A stretch of DNA of 64,000 bases, taken from the NCBI RefSeq assembly GCF_009914755.1, contig NC_060928.1. One strand, given 5' to 3'. The position numbers were made by a program, and so were the translations under genes. Below the pieces are notes generated by a model. It did not search any database, was not told where the DNA came from, and saw only the letters and a list, made by a program, of their open reading frames with translations. This document shows positions 13,495-26,509 of the stretch, in pieces. Origin of the DNA: the human T2T-CHM13v2.0 reference genome, Homo sapiens. Numbering within the stretch: the stretch's first letter is position 1; every line of letters begins with the position of its first letter.

Positions 13495-13910
13495 TGTGAT
13501 GGTTAATGTTATGTGTCAACTTGGCACATGGTGTCCATCCAGAGTTTGCTCAAATGCCGGTCTAGATGTCACTGTTAAAATATATTTTAGAGTCGTTAAC
13601 ATTTAAATCAGTAGATTTTAGTGAAGATTAACCCTCATAGTGTGAGTGGGCCTCACACAATCAGTTGAACAAAGCCTGAGATTTTCCAAAATGGAAGGAA
13701 TTCTACCTCCTGACTGCCTTCAGATTCAAAACTACAACACTGACTCCTGCTGAGATTTCCAGCCTGCTCTCCCGCCCCAGAGACTTCAGACTTGCCAGTC
13801 TCCACAGTTGCCTAGGCCAGTTCCTTAAAAATCTCTCTCTGATTGCGTGTGTGTGTGCATTTACATCCATCCATCCTATTGGCTCTGTTTCTCTGGGGAA
13901 CCCTAATACA
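13495..13910 (+). mobile_element. MLT2-family (ERV-L) LTR, left arm
   Basis: Starts tgtgatggttaatgttatgtgtcaacttgg and ends tctgtttctctggggaaccctaataca. Confidence 0.9.
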
Positions 13911-14089
13911 ATTTTACTATCTGATGTTGAAGATGCAAGTAAAAAAATATGCATCAGATGGCATTCTGGTCTTTAATTTGTTACTTTATCTATGAAGACA
14001 GCCCCTGTATACGGAGAATCAACAAAATAAATTTGTCTCCCTCCCAGTCTCACTAGCAAGCACAGCTGCACCACTCACCTGAGAGTCCA

Positions 14090-15283
14090 TCTGCCTATTT
14101 CCTATTGGAACTAAGATGTCTAGTTCAGCAGAGCACAGGGGCATGCAGACAGGAGGCAAAAATTTAGCTATTGGATCACTAGGAGTAATGGAGGCTGATG
14201 CAACTCCCATTTTCACCCCTTGATTCCTGGACCTGTGAATCCTAGCTATATTAGACATTAATTTAGAGCATATATAGCTTCCTGGAGAACCTTGCCCCAG
14301 CCTTACAAGCATTGTCACCTAGCTGGCACTGTAACTGAGTCTTCTAATGGCCCTTCCACCTTTTTTTTAAGCCAGCTGCTTCAGGATGGTAAACAATAAG
14401 ACTAGTCAATTTCAGAAGCATGGCCTCACTGTTGCACTTCATTTCACGTGAAGTGAGTTCTTTGATCAGAAGCAATGTTGTTTGGAATACTATGATATGA
14501 TGACAGATAATGCCCATTCTTCAATACCACAGACGATAGCCTTGGTAGAAGCATTGAGTATAGATAGAGTCGTCAAATCTATACCCAAAGTGTCTATTTC
14601 AGTAAGAACAAAATGTTACCGCTTCTGTGATGGAAACAGTTCAATGTAATCAACAGGCCACCAGGTGCTAGCTGATCAATCCTGGGAATGTTGCCATATT
14701 GGAGGCTCAGTGTTCTTCTCTGCTGCTGGTAGAGTGGGCACTCAGCAGTGGCTGTAGTCAGGTCAACCTTGGTGAACAGAAGTCCACATTGCTGAGCCCA
14801 TGCATAACCTCAATTCCTGCCACCATGACTACTTTGTTCATGACCCCATTAGGTAATAACCAGGGTGTCTAGGGATGGAGGCTGAGTGGCATCAAGAAAT
14901 TGCATCATCCTATCCACTTGAGTATTAAAATCTTCCTCTGCTGAGGTCACTGTTTAGTGAGCATGCTTATGGGGCACAAATATTTTCATGCATTTTGTGT
15001 ATTCAGAGAACTCTAGCCACATACCTATTTCCCAGGCTTCTTTGTCATCATTTTACCAGTCACGTTCCTTTCAAGTCCCAGACCTTACAGGCCACATCCT
15101 ATGAATCATTATATAATTGCATATCTGGCCATTTCTCCTTCCAAGCAAAATGAATAACTAGGCGCACCTCTAAAATTTCTGCCTAATGAGAGAAATTCTC
15201 TTCACCATTGTCTTTCAGTGACTTCCCAGAAAGAGGCTGTTGTGCTGTGACGGTTCACTTTTGAATAGCACCCACATATTGCA
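14090..15283 (-). pseudogene. ERV-L pol remnant: RNase H, integrase and start of the following dUTPase region
   Basis: My - strand translation gives HFAWKEKWPDMQLY (RNase H), WGHEQSSHGGR..YAWAQQ..TAECPLYQQQR (HHCC), TWWPVDYI, IASDQRTHFT and HPEAAGLKKRW (DDE core). Stops and frameshifts are present. Confidence 0.9.
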
Positions 15284-15397
15284 TAGTGTATTTGGTTGAT
15301 TCTTATAATTCAAGTACTCTCTTCACAGATAAACTAACAAAATGAAGATCAATACAGCACATATTTGTTTTGGATCTTCAACCACAGATAATAAAAT

Positions 15398-15475
15398 TGT
15401 ATTAGAGTTCTCCAGAGAAATAGAACCAACAACGGGTGTATGTGTGCATTTACGTACCCACACATGCACACAAAT

Positions 15476-15510
<35 letters not shown>

Positions 15511-15897
15511 AAGGAATTACCAGACTGTGGGAGCTGGAGGGTCTGAAATCCATGAGGCAGATTTGCAGGCTGGAAATTTCAGCAGGATCCAGTGTTCAGT
15601 ATTGAGTTTAAAGGCTGTCGGGAGGCAGAATTCCTTCTTCTTCAGTAAACCTCAGTCTTTCTTCTTAAGGTCTTCAAATGATTGGAAACAGCCCATGTGC
15701 ATTGTGAAGGATCATTTGCTCTATACAAACCCTACTGATTTAAATGACAGTCTTTATTCAAGACTGTCTACTACTGATTTAAATATTAATGACATCTTTT
15801 ACAAAGAAATACTTTCATAGCAATATCTACATTGATGCTTGGTCAAACCACTGGGTATCATTGCCTAGCCAAGCAACACATAAAATTAACAATCACA
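15398..15897 (-). mobile_element. MLT2-family (ERV-L) LTR, right arm, inverted relative to the left arm
   Basis: Reverse complement starts tgtgattgttaattttatgtgttgcttggctaggc and ends tctctggagaactctaataca. Contains (GA)n at about 15481-15507. Confidence 0.9.
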
Positions 15898-15902
15898 CTT
15901 GT

Positions 15903-16000
15903 CTGCTTTTAAAGGTGATCATTAAGCCCAAATTAAATAACAAAGGTTTAGTCAGACACTTAGCACAGTCTCGTACACAGCAGCCTTTTTACTATTGCTG
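15903..16000 (+). mobile_element. MIR, 3' portion
   Basis: aaattaaataacaaagg...gacacttagcacagtctcgtacacag continues the MIR interrupted at 13489. Confidence 0.55.
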
Positions 16001-16570
16001 TATGATACTACCAGTACTAACAACATCACAACTAAAACCACTCCTCATACTACCCCTGTTGCTATTACTGGTACAAATGCAGGCATATTTGCATACTCTC
16101 CTACTTGTTTTCTAAGGTTTACTGAAACATAATTATTTGTTAGCCAAGTAGCTCCCACACCAATCCATTCAAATTCCTTAAATCTTGATCAACTCAGTTG
16201 CATGTTACACTAAACAATCTCCTTTTATCTACCACCTAAGGTGTTGGTATCACTAGTTTTCTCAAAGAATTTGCTTATTACTTTTTGTGTATCATCGAGT
16301 CACATATTCTATGGAAAGAAGCACAGGAGTCTTGGAAGTTAATAATCTTACATTCAAAATTCTAGAGATAGCTACATAAATCTTCAGCAAACTACTTTTT
16401 TTCCAAACCTCCATTTCTGCTTTGTAAATTGCAGACAATATGATCAATATGATCTATGTCCAAATTTTACTGTGTATACTTTTGAAGCTCAAGTTATTAG
16501 CTTACATAGACTCAAATTTGTATTTATTCATGTTTTGACTAGTCTTATACTCCATATTGGAGACAAGCAT

Positions 16571-16866
16571 TTTTTTTTTTCTTTTGAGATGGAGTTTCAC
16601 TCTGTAGCCCAGACTGGAATACAGTGGCTGGACCTTAGCTCACTGCAGCCTCCAGCTCCCAGGTTCAAGTGATTCTCCTGCCTCAGCCTCCTGAGTAGCT
16701 GAGATTACAAGCACCTGCCAGCATACTCGGCTAAATTTTGTATTTTTAGTAGAGACAGTTTTCACCATGTTAGCCAGGCTGATCTCGAACTCCTGACCTC
16801 AAGTGATGCACCTGCACAGGCTGCCCAAAGTGCTGGGATTACAGGCGTGAGCCACCGTGCCCAGCT
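16571..16866 (-). mobile_element. AluS (Sx/Sz-like)
   Basis: Full dimer with TSD gagacaagcat (16560-16570 and 16867-16877). Confidence 0.92.
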
Positions 16867-17904
16867 GAGACAAGCATCTTGTGAGTAGCATTCACCTATG
16901 TGTATTTCAGTCCTTTCTCCCCTACCTTCATGACTTGCACACTATAATAAAGTACCAAACTATGTAACAATTATTTAAATTAATACGTCTTTATTTAACC
17001 TAATACATTCTAAAATAAATGATTAATGCATGTTATCCTTCCAAGATTCATGGTAGAGAATGCAGTAGATGGAAAAATAGTACACTGGGAATGCAAATAG
17101 AGGAATGGAGATGGGCCCTGTCCGTGAAGCAAGCAAAAAGATTCTGAGGACAGAAACTGATGGTAACTGGAGAAGAGGGTACCCAAAGCGAAATCTTGAA
17201 ATTGTTCATTTTGACCTGGAACACTGCTCAACCTTATTTTGAGCCTAATTGTCCAACAGTTTTATTTAGTAATACATTAGTTTTTAAAATAAAATGTCCT
17301 GTAGCAACAGAGCCTGAGGCACATTTTAACTGCTAATACAGTTTTGGAAAATGCAGTTTCAAGACCCAGAATAAGGATGCATGAAAGAATCCAGGGAAGA
17401 GGGATAACAGATATGAGGGAGTGCCCCACTGTGTTTCAGAGAAGCACACAAATGTTGCAGTTTTACATCATCTCTAAGGACACACCTTCAGGGTTTACTC
17501 CTCATCCCACCATTTAGGATAGGGAAAAATATTGGTTGTGAATTAAAACTGAAAATAATAATTCCACCTATAATTAGTACATCTTTACTTATAATATACT
17601 TGTCTATTCAATAAAGGAAGATATTTTTATATATTTGTAACTATTTCAATGAATAGCTTTAACATGATTAAATTAATACACAAATTTGGGGTTTCTTAAA
17701 ATAATCTTTAAACCAAATTTTAACCCAACAAATAGAAATAATCAGTCCTCCTAGACATTTCTTTTATCCCTAAGCTGCCCCTATAATAAGTAAGCAGGTC
17801 AAAATTATAGACAATTACTCCTTTAAAAAATTATGTCCTGGCCCAGCATTTTCTTATTAAACTCAATACAGTTACTGAAGCTTTTGTAAACAACCTGTGT
17901 TTCT

Positions 17905-18412
17905 TATTTATTTAACAAATATTTGCTTATTCATTTAACAAATGTTTACTGAGTACCCACTATGTGCCAAAAACTCTATTAACACTTAATATACAGAAGT
18001 CAATAAGGTTGATCAGTCTCTATGTTCTGAAACTTATGTTCTACTAGAGAAAAGCAGCAATAATAACAAAATTAAGAAATAAAACTGGACATTTTCTCAT
18101 TTCCCTAAATGTTGTGAAGAAAACAAAAAGGTTAATTCAAAAGATAGAAATGTAGAAGGACGGGGAGAAATTTGGCACTACAGAATATAGGCTGTTTAAA
18201 GAAGAAATACTTCTCTCAGAAGCAACATTTGAAAGGTGTCCTGAAGGATGAGATGAAATCTCCAGGTCTGAGAAGCAGCAAGGTAGACAGAGTACAGTAA
18301 GCAGAAAGGTTCTGAGGATGAACAGAAGTCAGCACTGAAGGGATAGCAGGAGAAACCGGTGGAGGAATAAGGTGAAGTTGGAAACACAGGCTGAAGCCCT
18401 AGACCATAGAGG
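17905..18412 (-). mobile_element. L2 3' region
   Basis: ttcatttaacaaatgtttactgagtacccactatgtgcca is the antisense L2 3' end. Confidence 0.65.
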
Positions 18413-18415
18413 AAC

Positions 18416-18639
18416 ACGGGCGGTGCTAGAGCTGCTCCTGCAGGCTCCTGCTAGCTCAGGACAGCCAACCGGGCACGCCCCTTTTTAACTCCACGTTCAG
18501 TGAGGTCACGTTGGTTGCCTGAAATTGAACACGAAGGACATATTTACACTGTGAGATTTACCAAAGCTGCAAATCACTAACCCAACCCCACATCCCAACA
18601 CACACACACACACACTCCAGGTTTCCCAATGTATCACTA
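18416..18639 (+). mobile_element. MER63-like hAT MITE
   Basis: aactccacgttcagtgaggtcacgttggttgcctgaaat...atatttacac matches the recalled MER63 core. Confidence 0.7.
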
Positions 18640-19399
18640 GACAAATAGAAAAAGCAGGCTACCAGTCCCTACCTTGCCAGTAACAGTTTTAAGTATAAAT
18701 GAACACTGTCCAAAACAAAGGCCTGCACACTTATTTCAGGCTGAATATTTTAGAATTAGGGAAACTGTTTCTTCCACTTCCCTTGCTTGAGGATCATCAT
18801 GAAGTTTTTGTGTGTTTATATCTGCTCCTCTGAGAGTCTGTGTTGGGCCAATAAGTGTCACTGTGCTCCCCTGGAACAGGGATAGGACCATGGCAATCAT
18901 ACGGCTACGACACAGGTAGAGACAAGATTTTCAGATGCAAGATACGAGTCAACCAGTCACGGCTGAATGTGGGCAGAATAAATCACATCTGCTTTCTCCT
19001 CAGAAAGATACACGAGTAGGTCATCCAGAGAAATGAAAAAAAAAAAAGGAGCCACCAACTAGATATCATATTATTGTTCCACTCAAATTTACCATGTCTA
19101 GAAAACTTCCAAGAATGCACTATTTCAGTTAGTTTGTTAATATTTATTTCTGAGGGAATGCATACTATATTACAGTGAATATGAACTTTGGAATATCACT
19201 AATTTATGTTGCAGTACAAACTATGTTGTTAACTAGTTGAGTGCTTTGGCACTTTGCAAAACATCTTTTTACCTTGGTTTCAGCATCTGAGATAAATTTG
19301 TATCTACCTCATAGACTTTATTAAGCACTCAAAGCAATTTCATATGTAACAAATATTAAGAACATTCTATGGCACAAGGTAGGATAGATAGGCTGGTAT

Positions 19400-19600
19400 A
19401 AAAAGTCTTGACTTCACAATTTGGCAGACTTTGATTGGAATGCTGTCCTTGCCAGCAGCTTAAGACTTCAAAATTTCGGTGAATCTCAGTTTTTTCTAAT
19501 GATAAATGGGGATAATAATATCTTGCAGTATTTTTGTGAAGATTAGAAAGATGTGATTCTATATTTTGTATGATGTGTGCATAGTTGGCAAACAATAAAT
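19400..19600 (+). mobile_element. MIR
   Basis: atctcagttttttctaatgataaatggggataataata...gtgaagattag is the MIR core. Confidence 0.7.
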
Positions 19601-21464
19601 AATGGACTTGAATTTCATTAGGGCTATCATTCAAAATACATATGGAAATGCATTTTTTGAGCAAAATCAAATATCAGGTATACCAGACCAGTGTTAAACC
19701 AAACAAACAAAAAGCTGGCAATAACTTTAGATACTAGGATTTGTTTTGATGCACTTCTTTTACATGTTTGTTTTCTGTACCATTCAAATTTAGGTTTAAA
19801 AGCTCTTGGCGAAAATTGAATCTTAAGGAAAGAATGGCGTATTTCCAGATTAAGGTCTTTACTAAAGACAGGGCTCATAAATTCCTCCTCAGTGTAAGCT
19901 TTCAATCCCTTCTGCTTCCATGTCAATTTATTTATTTATTTTTTTTTAGGTAAAATAGTTTTTTTTTCCAAAGGAAATTTAAGGAATTTTATTATTTCCT
20001 AGAAAAGCTAAAGTGAACCTGTGGAATTTCAAGAGGGCATACTTATAACAATATTAGACAGCTTTATAGGTTGGCCATAAAAATCTGGAAACACAGCAAA
20101 TATACCTAATAAAAGGTTTGTCCATGTGAATTTATTATGATGATGTTTACAACTGTACATGTCCTGAGACTGGACCGCCTGAAGGAATAGAACTCCTTAA
20201 AATCTGGGGAGAAGATTTGATTGACTCCCCTCTTGGCTCTCTCAAAAATTTCTAAAACCTTCCCCTTGGAGACCACTTCCATAGAAAATAAACTCCTTCG
20301 AAAAATTTGCCAAAGCTCATTTTAGCAGCATTCAGAAAATGTGTTTGTCCTAATTAATCAAGTCTATTTTTAAAAGGTGATAAGCAGCAGGGCTGTTTTG
20401 TATTTACTTATTAAATAAATAATTTGAGTTTTTCTTCTTTGAGACTCTTTGTGTCCTTTCTCTCTGCCAGAAAATTGTCAAGGTTTTTTCCGCAGGGGTT
20501 CATTTGTGGCTCTGAAAGTTATAGTTATTGCACATCATGAAATGTGTCTACTCTGAATTTATCATTAACACGTTATATGGCCATGTAATTTATGTATTTC
20601 CTACTCTGAACTGAAGAGAGTTCTCAGCTTAGTGTTTGCATCACTGTTTTCCTTTGTTGATGTCTTTAGGCTGAGCTATCTAAAACCTTCTCCCAGCTGC
20701 ATCCAGGACCTTTAAATGTTTTGCTCTCTACTGGGACCAGCTAAAAGAATTGCTTTATTGCATGAGAAACATTGATGATGCAACAAGCTCCTTTCTTTAG
20801 ATAGACCCTGGCTGGTGCTCTACCTGCTTTAATATCACCTTTGCACAGCCCACAGACTGATGAGCCACTAGCTGCACACTGATCTAATAAAGACCCTAAT
20901 ATAGCTGCTATGAAAGGTCACCGCTCTTTTCCACACAGGCAAGAAATCCGATTGCACTGTGTAAACAGCTATGCCACTAGATGCGCGGCAAGATTTTGTA
21001 ATCCTTGCTCCTTCAAGAATAAATGTTTCTATGTGAGCTTTACATGAGAACAAGAGACCTGAGCCAAAGTAACTAAAGTGGATTTCCCTGCATTTCTGAT
21101 ACGTCTTTGCAGGCTTCCTGCCCTCAGGATAGCCATATAATGTATCCTTTCACTGGATGTTTACCTCCTAGCCAGTTCCGAACCATAGTCTGCGCCCATG
21201 AGGTCTTCACATTCCTCTTCCCTATCAACACTGCTTTAAACTGTGTCCACAGATGATCCGTTAATCTACTTTCAACTGGGTTGTTATGAGTTGACAAAAG
21301 TTTAGTATGTCACCCTTACCAGAGGCTCTTTGGTGTTTTCAAAAGGGAGCTTTAATATCAAAAAGGAATGAAATCAGATGGCTTTTTCCTCAATTGCTGC
21401 ACTATAATGACCTAACATCAATTACATTAACACAACCACTGATTTATTTTCTTTATTCCACACT

Positions 21465-21585
21465 AGGCTGGTGAGTTCCTGGTGTAGGTATGATGTTCTA
21501 TTTGACTTTGTATCTTTAGTACTCAGAGCAGTGCCTGACACACACCAAATGCTTAAGAATGTTTGCCAAATGAATGGATGAATGG
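21465..21585 (+). mobile_element. L2 3' end
   Basis: agagcagtgcctgacacac...aatgtttgccaaatgaatggatgaatg. Confidence 0.65.
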
Positions 21586-24500
21586 TTAAGCGATGTTCAG
21601 GAATTGTAGGCCAACAGGATGAAATTATGTATTTGGGAAATAAAACTTTGTCAGAACAATTTGCATTTTTTTAATTTGCAGCCATCTAAGTGAGGCTAGC
21701 TCAGGCCTCTAACATCTGAAACAAACAAAACATATACTCCTGGACATTGTTGGAACAGAGTCCGGAGACAGGTAACATACATGTGTGTTCTGCAGGCAAA
21801 CTGGAAACATGCAAATATAATTCCCTTAAATGAGAAAGAAAAGGAAATCAGCAAACCGGAACAAACCCTTTCTTCTCTCAAAGTCACAAGGAGAGAAGTG
21901 TTGTACAGAGAAGATGAGCATGTCATTTTGCTTTAAATCTGTGCCAAAATGACATAGTAAGAATAATAGCACTCTAGGAATTTTGTCATTAATATACACT
22001 ATCTGTAAAAAATGAATCCATGCATTTATTTAGAAATTTGTTCATTAATTTTTCCCCTTTAAAAGTAATGTATGCTTGTTTTTGAATCAGTGGATTTCTA
22101 AATGAAGTACAGATGTTAAAAGAATAAAAAATCTTAAATAGCTACATTGTCTTTCACATGGTAGCTATAAACATATTATAATTTATAATTAAGATTTATT
22201 TGTCCTCTAAGAATGGCTTTTAAATGTCATTTGAAAAAAAAAATCAAGAGTGCTATGTGGAGAATAAAACAATGCCATCTATTTCACAATTTCAGATACT
22301 ATTTTTCTTACTCTATGGCCTTTAATACCATGCCAGTATATGGGGAACAAGGGTATGTGTGAATGTGTATTATTACTGCTCTAGGATACTGTAGCTTCTG
22401 TGTTTTGTTCATATTTTATCTAAAGGCAAATCACAACAAAGTGCAAATAAAAAAATGTTACCTTCATTCTATAAATATTCATCAAGATATGTTTTGGACA
22501 AGTGTTAAAATTGGGAAATGATAAGAATTCATAGACTACAGTACTGGAAAAGTTAAATTTCCCTCTCACTTTAGATAAAAGAGGGAGCAAGAAAAGAGAA
22601 TTTTTTTCTAGCACTATAGGCTATGCTGAACTAATAGCAAGAAGTAGTGAACTGATAGCAAGAAGTAGAATAAAATTGAAAACACAGAAATAAAACGTTC
22701 ATTAAACTGGTATCCATTTTTGGAGAGCTACTATGTAGCATATATCAACCACGTGAAAGCGACTACTGTACGGTTTCTGGGAATATGTGGTGGGAGTCAT
22801 TTATTCACTGAGTCAGGACTTGTTTTTGGATTTGTAAAAGATCTTTGCAATGGATAATAACACAGTGTCAGCCCTGTATGAGAAGACTAAATGAATGATG
22901 AAGTCTAAATTGTGCTGAATGATTGCAAATGGATCAAATGGCATTCAAAATAATACCTCAATTTTTTATCAGGACTGTGACTGTACTTCCAACCTTTCAG
23001 ATATGCATTCTTTATGGTACAAAATTATGCTACATAAAATTAGTAAAATCTGTTGTCATAGAAAAGAAAAAAATTATAGAAAAGTAAAAGTAGTGAAATG
23101 AACTGCTGTAAAAAGAGAACCACAGAGAAAACAGCAGCTCAATAATGTGTAGTCAAAAAATATGCTAGTAAATGGAACCAAAACTCTCCCCACCTCATAT
23201 TCTATTATTTATTTATACTTTAAAAGCCTCAATGGATCAGAGCTAAGTTTTATCATTTCATTTTCTAAAGACAACACACTTGTTTTTATTCTTCTCTCAA
23301 TGATTCTACCTAAAAATAACTGGCTTATTAAAACATACATAGAATAAATATCCTGAGAAACTTCACTGGGAAAAATAAGACTATAGGGAAATTTAATTTA
23401 ATTATAGATCAAAATTATTGTGAAATTTGTATCCATGTAAATCCTATGAAATGGAAGTATTTACTCCATATTATTTTGATATCTCTATGGAATTAAAAGC
23501 CAAAAAGTCTTTTGCCAATGCATTAAATGCTATTGGAACTTGGTGAAAAGCTTTCACACTTCAGCAACATTGATTTAACCTTGAAAATTGTACTGAAAAA
23601 GTAAGAGCTGTTGAATGTATGATATACAAGGAAGTTAGCAAAGAAATCTAAGGAACACCGGGAAAACAAAAGGATATTTTGTGTCTCTCTCCCAACTCTA
23701 ACATTAGCCCTAACTCTGAGACAATGAGGTTTCTGAAGCCTACCATGTATATAATGGCTTCAGGAGTAGCTTTCACTACAACTTAATTAAGCTTGAGTGA
23801 GGCTATGAGATCAATGTTCCCTTGGTAGTGGCATGAGCAATAGGTAATTCCTATCATGGTCAGTTTCACTGCTGTATCTTCAAACACACTCTAAGAGTAT
23901 TTTGAGGTTATAATGACATTTACTTTGCAAGTTCACTTTTTCTTTTCTTTTTTTTTTTTTTTCTTTTTACAGCTACTCTCATCTTGTAAAGAAAGCGAAG
24001 GCTAACATTGAATTTCCAAGGTTTTGGAATGACCTGTGTCAGAACTCTTCTGGCATGAAATATTATGCATTATTCGTAATGCCCAAAACCTTCAAAATTC
24101 AACAAGCATGATTTAATTTCAGGTCAGTAGATAAAATTAGTATGACATTTTTGGCATTGCTATTAATTTCAATAATAAAAGAAACACAATTAATTATATG
24201 AATATTGTCAGAAAAATCCATTTAAGTAATATATTTAAGAAATCCAAGCATATATGCTTAAACTGTCATTTGTGAAAAGCAAGTAAAAAGCTTTGTGTGT
24301 TTATGATCTAGTAATACTTAATTCTACAAACTTTTTTCTTTTTTATGTATTTAATAATCTGACTAGAAACTTATTTTGTCAGAGTTAGAGTGGATGAACT
24401 GACATTTCAGAATCCAATCTCTTATGCTCTATCTTAAGGTTCAAAACCTTTGATCAATTATACAATAGCAGCCTCGAAGATCAAAGAATCCTTAATTGCT

Positions 24501-26509
24501 AGTGAGCAAATATGGGGAAGCTGAATAATGCTGGACCGAGGCATTCATAACACGAAGTTACAGGAGAAAGAGAATAATGATGGAATAATGGTGGAATATA
24601 TTTATTTTTCCTTTTTTGTGTGTGTACAAAATAATGATGGTGTGAACTGATATAATTCTACCGAAGGTTATCAGGTTCAAATTTTAAATCAAACATAATT
24701 CTAATTCTCCTTGTCTTTAAAATTATTTTAGAGCAAAAAATCAATATGCCATAATGTCAGGAAATTTTTTAAATTAAAATGATATCCACTAAATTCCCTC
24801 TTGGAGAAGTTCTGCATTAGTCTAAAAATGCACCCACTATAGGCCACCAGATGGCCCATGCTCAGAGATATCAAATTAATAAGTAAAATGTATTTAAGAA
24901 GAAATATTTCCATAACTCAATAAATCAAAGTTTAAAAGAAACAGAGTAGTTAGGCTGTGAAATACATTAGTCATGCATGGACTATATTTTGTGAGTATTT
25001 TCAAATATGTTAATTGCAGGGGTATGGGAAAATAAACTCGTTTTTCAAAGATAAACTATGTAGGTAAAGTTGTTTTGTGTATCATGAAGAATAGGCTTTA
25101 AGTGTGCTTTGCAGCCAATTTTCTTAATTAATATAGACAACTTAAACAGATTACAGGTATTTCTTGCTTATTAAAAATTCCCTTCATAAGCTGCTAAATT
25201 TAGAAGAATAAATTCACTCTAGGAAGCATTTGTTGAATTTAGAAAATTTGAGAATAGCATGCTGACATCTGGTACATACAGCTCATGTGTCTAATCCTCT
25301 TTCTATAAATTATTACTTGTATTTGTTTCTTGAGAACAGTTTTAACAAGTCTGTGATTAATATTGGTCAGCTAGTTCCATTGACCTCTTCTGCCTTTTAC
25401 TCCATTAAATCAAATTTCTTATTGCCTAAATGTCTCCAGAATGTGTCCAGGTATATGCGTTGCATGTTAGAGTCTATTTATTGCATTCAAAAGTGGCCTG
25501 GTGTTTCCAATGCTGTCAAGTAGTGCCAGAAAATATTTTTGAGAGTTTACCCTGTAGTGGGAATCTTTATGTGGATTTTGATTGCATTGTCTGCACTGCA
25601 GAGGAATTTCTACAGCCTTTGGTGAACTTTACAAGGTTTTTATGCAGTGAAGAAAATATGTATAAGTAGAAGTCCAGCAATGTAAGTGAGAAGAAAGAAC
25701 TTGGGAAATTTTCTAATACTGCAGAATTATTGTGTCCATCTTTTAATAAGTAGAAAGTAGTACAAATAAATTAATTGTTCATTAATCCATATAGACTATT
25801 CTGTTCCACAGTGGGGGATGTCACCTTACACAAGAAAGATTCAGGAACTGCATTTTCATTTCACTTACGTGGTATAGTGGCTTATGTGGTTGAACTTGGT
25901 TTGCAGGAAGTTTGCTAAATTCATTTTCTCCTGAGCTCTTGCTGCACACAAACTAGATTATATTCACTCAAAGAGGATAGAACATGTGGAAGAGAAAGTC
26001 TGTCCATCAACAAACCATGGAGATTACATATAGTATTTCTCATACATACTTAAAATATAAGGTTGGCATTACTATATTTTTCAGCAATTAAATGGTCCTA
26101 GGTCCCAGAAATATGTTTTTCAGTGATGATCCGCCTAGTACACCTTACAACTTGGTCTCTGGAGAGTATATTAGCTGACCTTCCCAGCCAAAGGAGAAGT
26201 TATTCTGCCTTTCTAAAACTGTTATTAAGATTTTACGCATCTCTCTTTAAACACTTTCTGTATTTTTGGAGTGGGTGCAGAGTTTCTAGCAAAACTGCTT
26301 AAAACCGGTATTCACAATTTTTATCCCACCTATTTTTATAAAGATAGAAAACAATTTCCTATACATTAATCTATGGATCTATTTCTTTCTATCTATACAT
26401 TTATCTATGATCTATTCCTACTAATATATAAAACTATATATATACACACAATTATAAACTACATATATAACTATGCATGTAACTATAAAACTACATAATA
26501 TCATATCAA

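Noticed and set aside
13495-15897. Ordinary deleted ERV-L provirus, two unrelated solo LTRs, or Ricksha
   Set aside because: The LTRs are inverted, share an inner extension and share one 5-bp TSD. The ends are LTR termini, not separate Ricksha-type TIRs.
22628-22669. 21-bp tandem duplication gaactRatagcaagaagtag
   Set aside because: A two-copy slippage duplication with no sign of function.
25430-25669. 79-aa ORF in unique sequence; also 40178-40477, 47775-48110 and 52727-52951
   Set aside because: No recognisable domain or exon structure. The lengths are compatible with chance.
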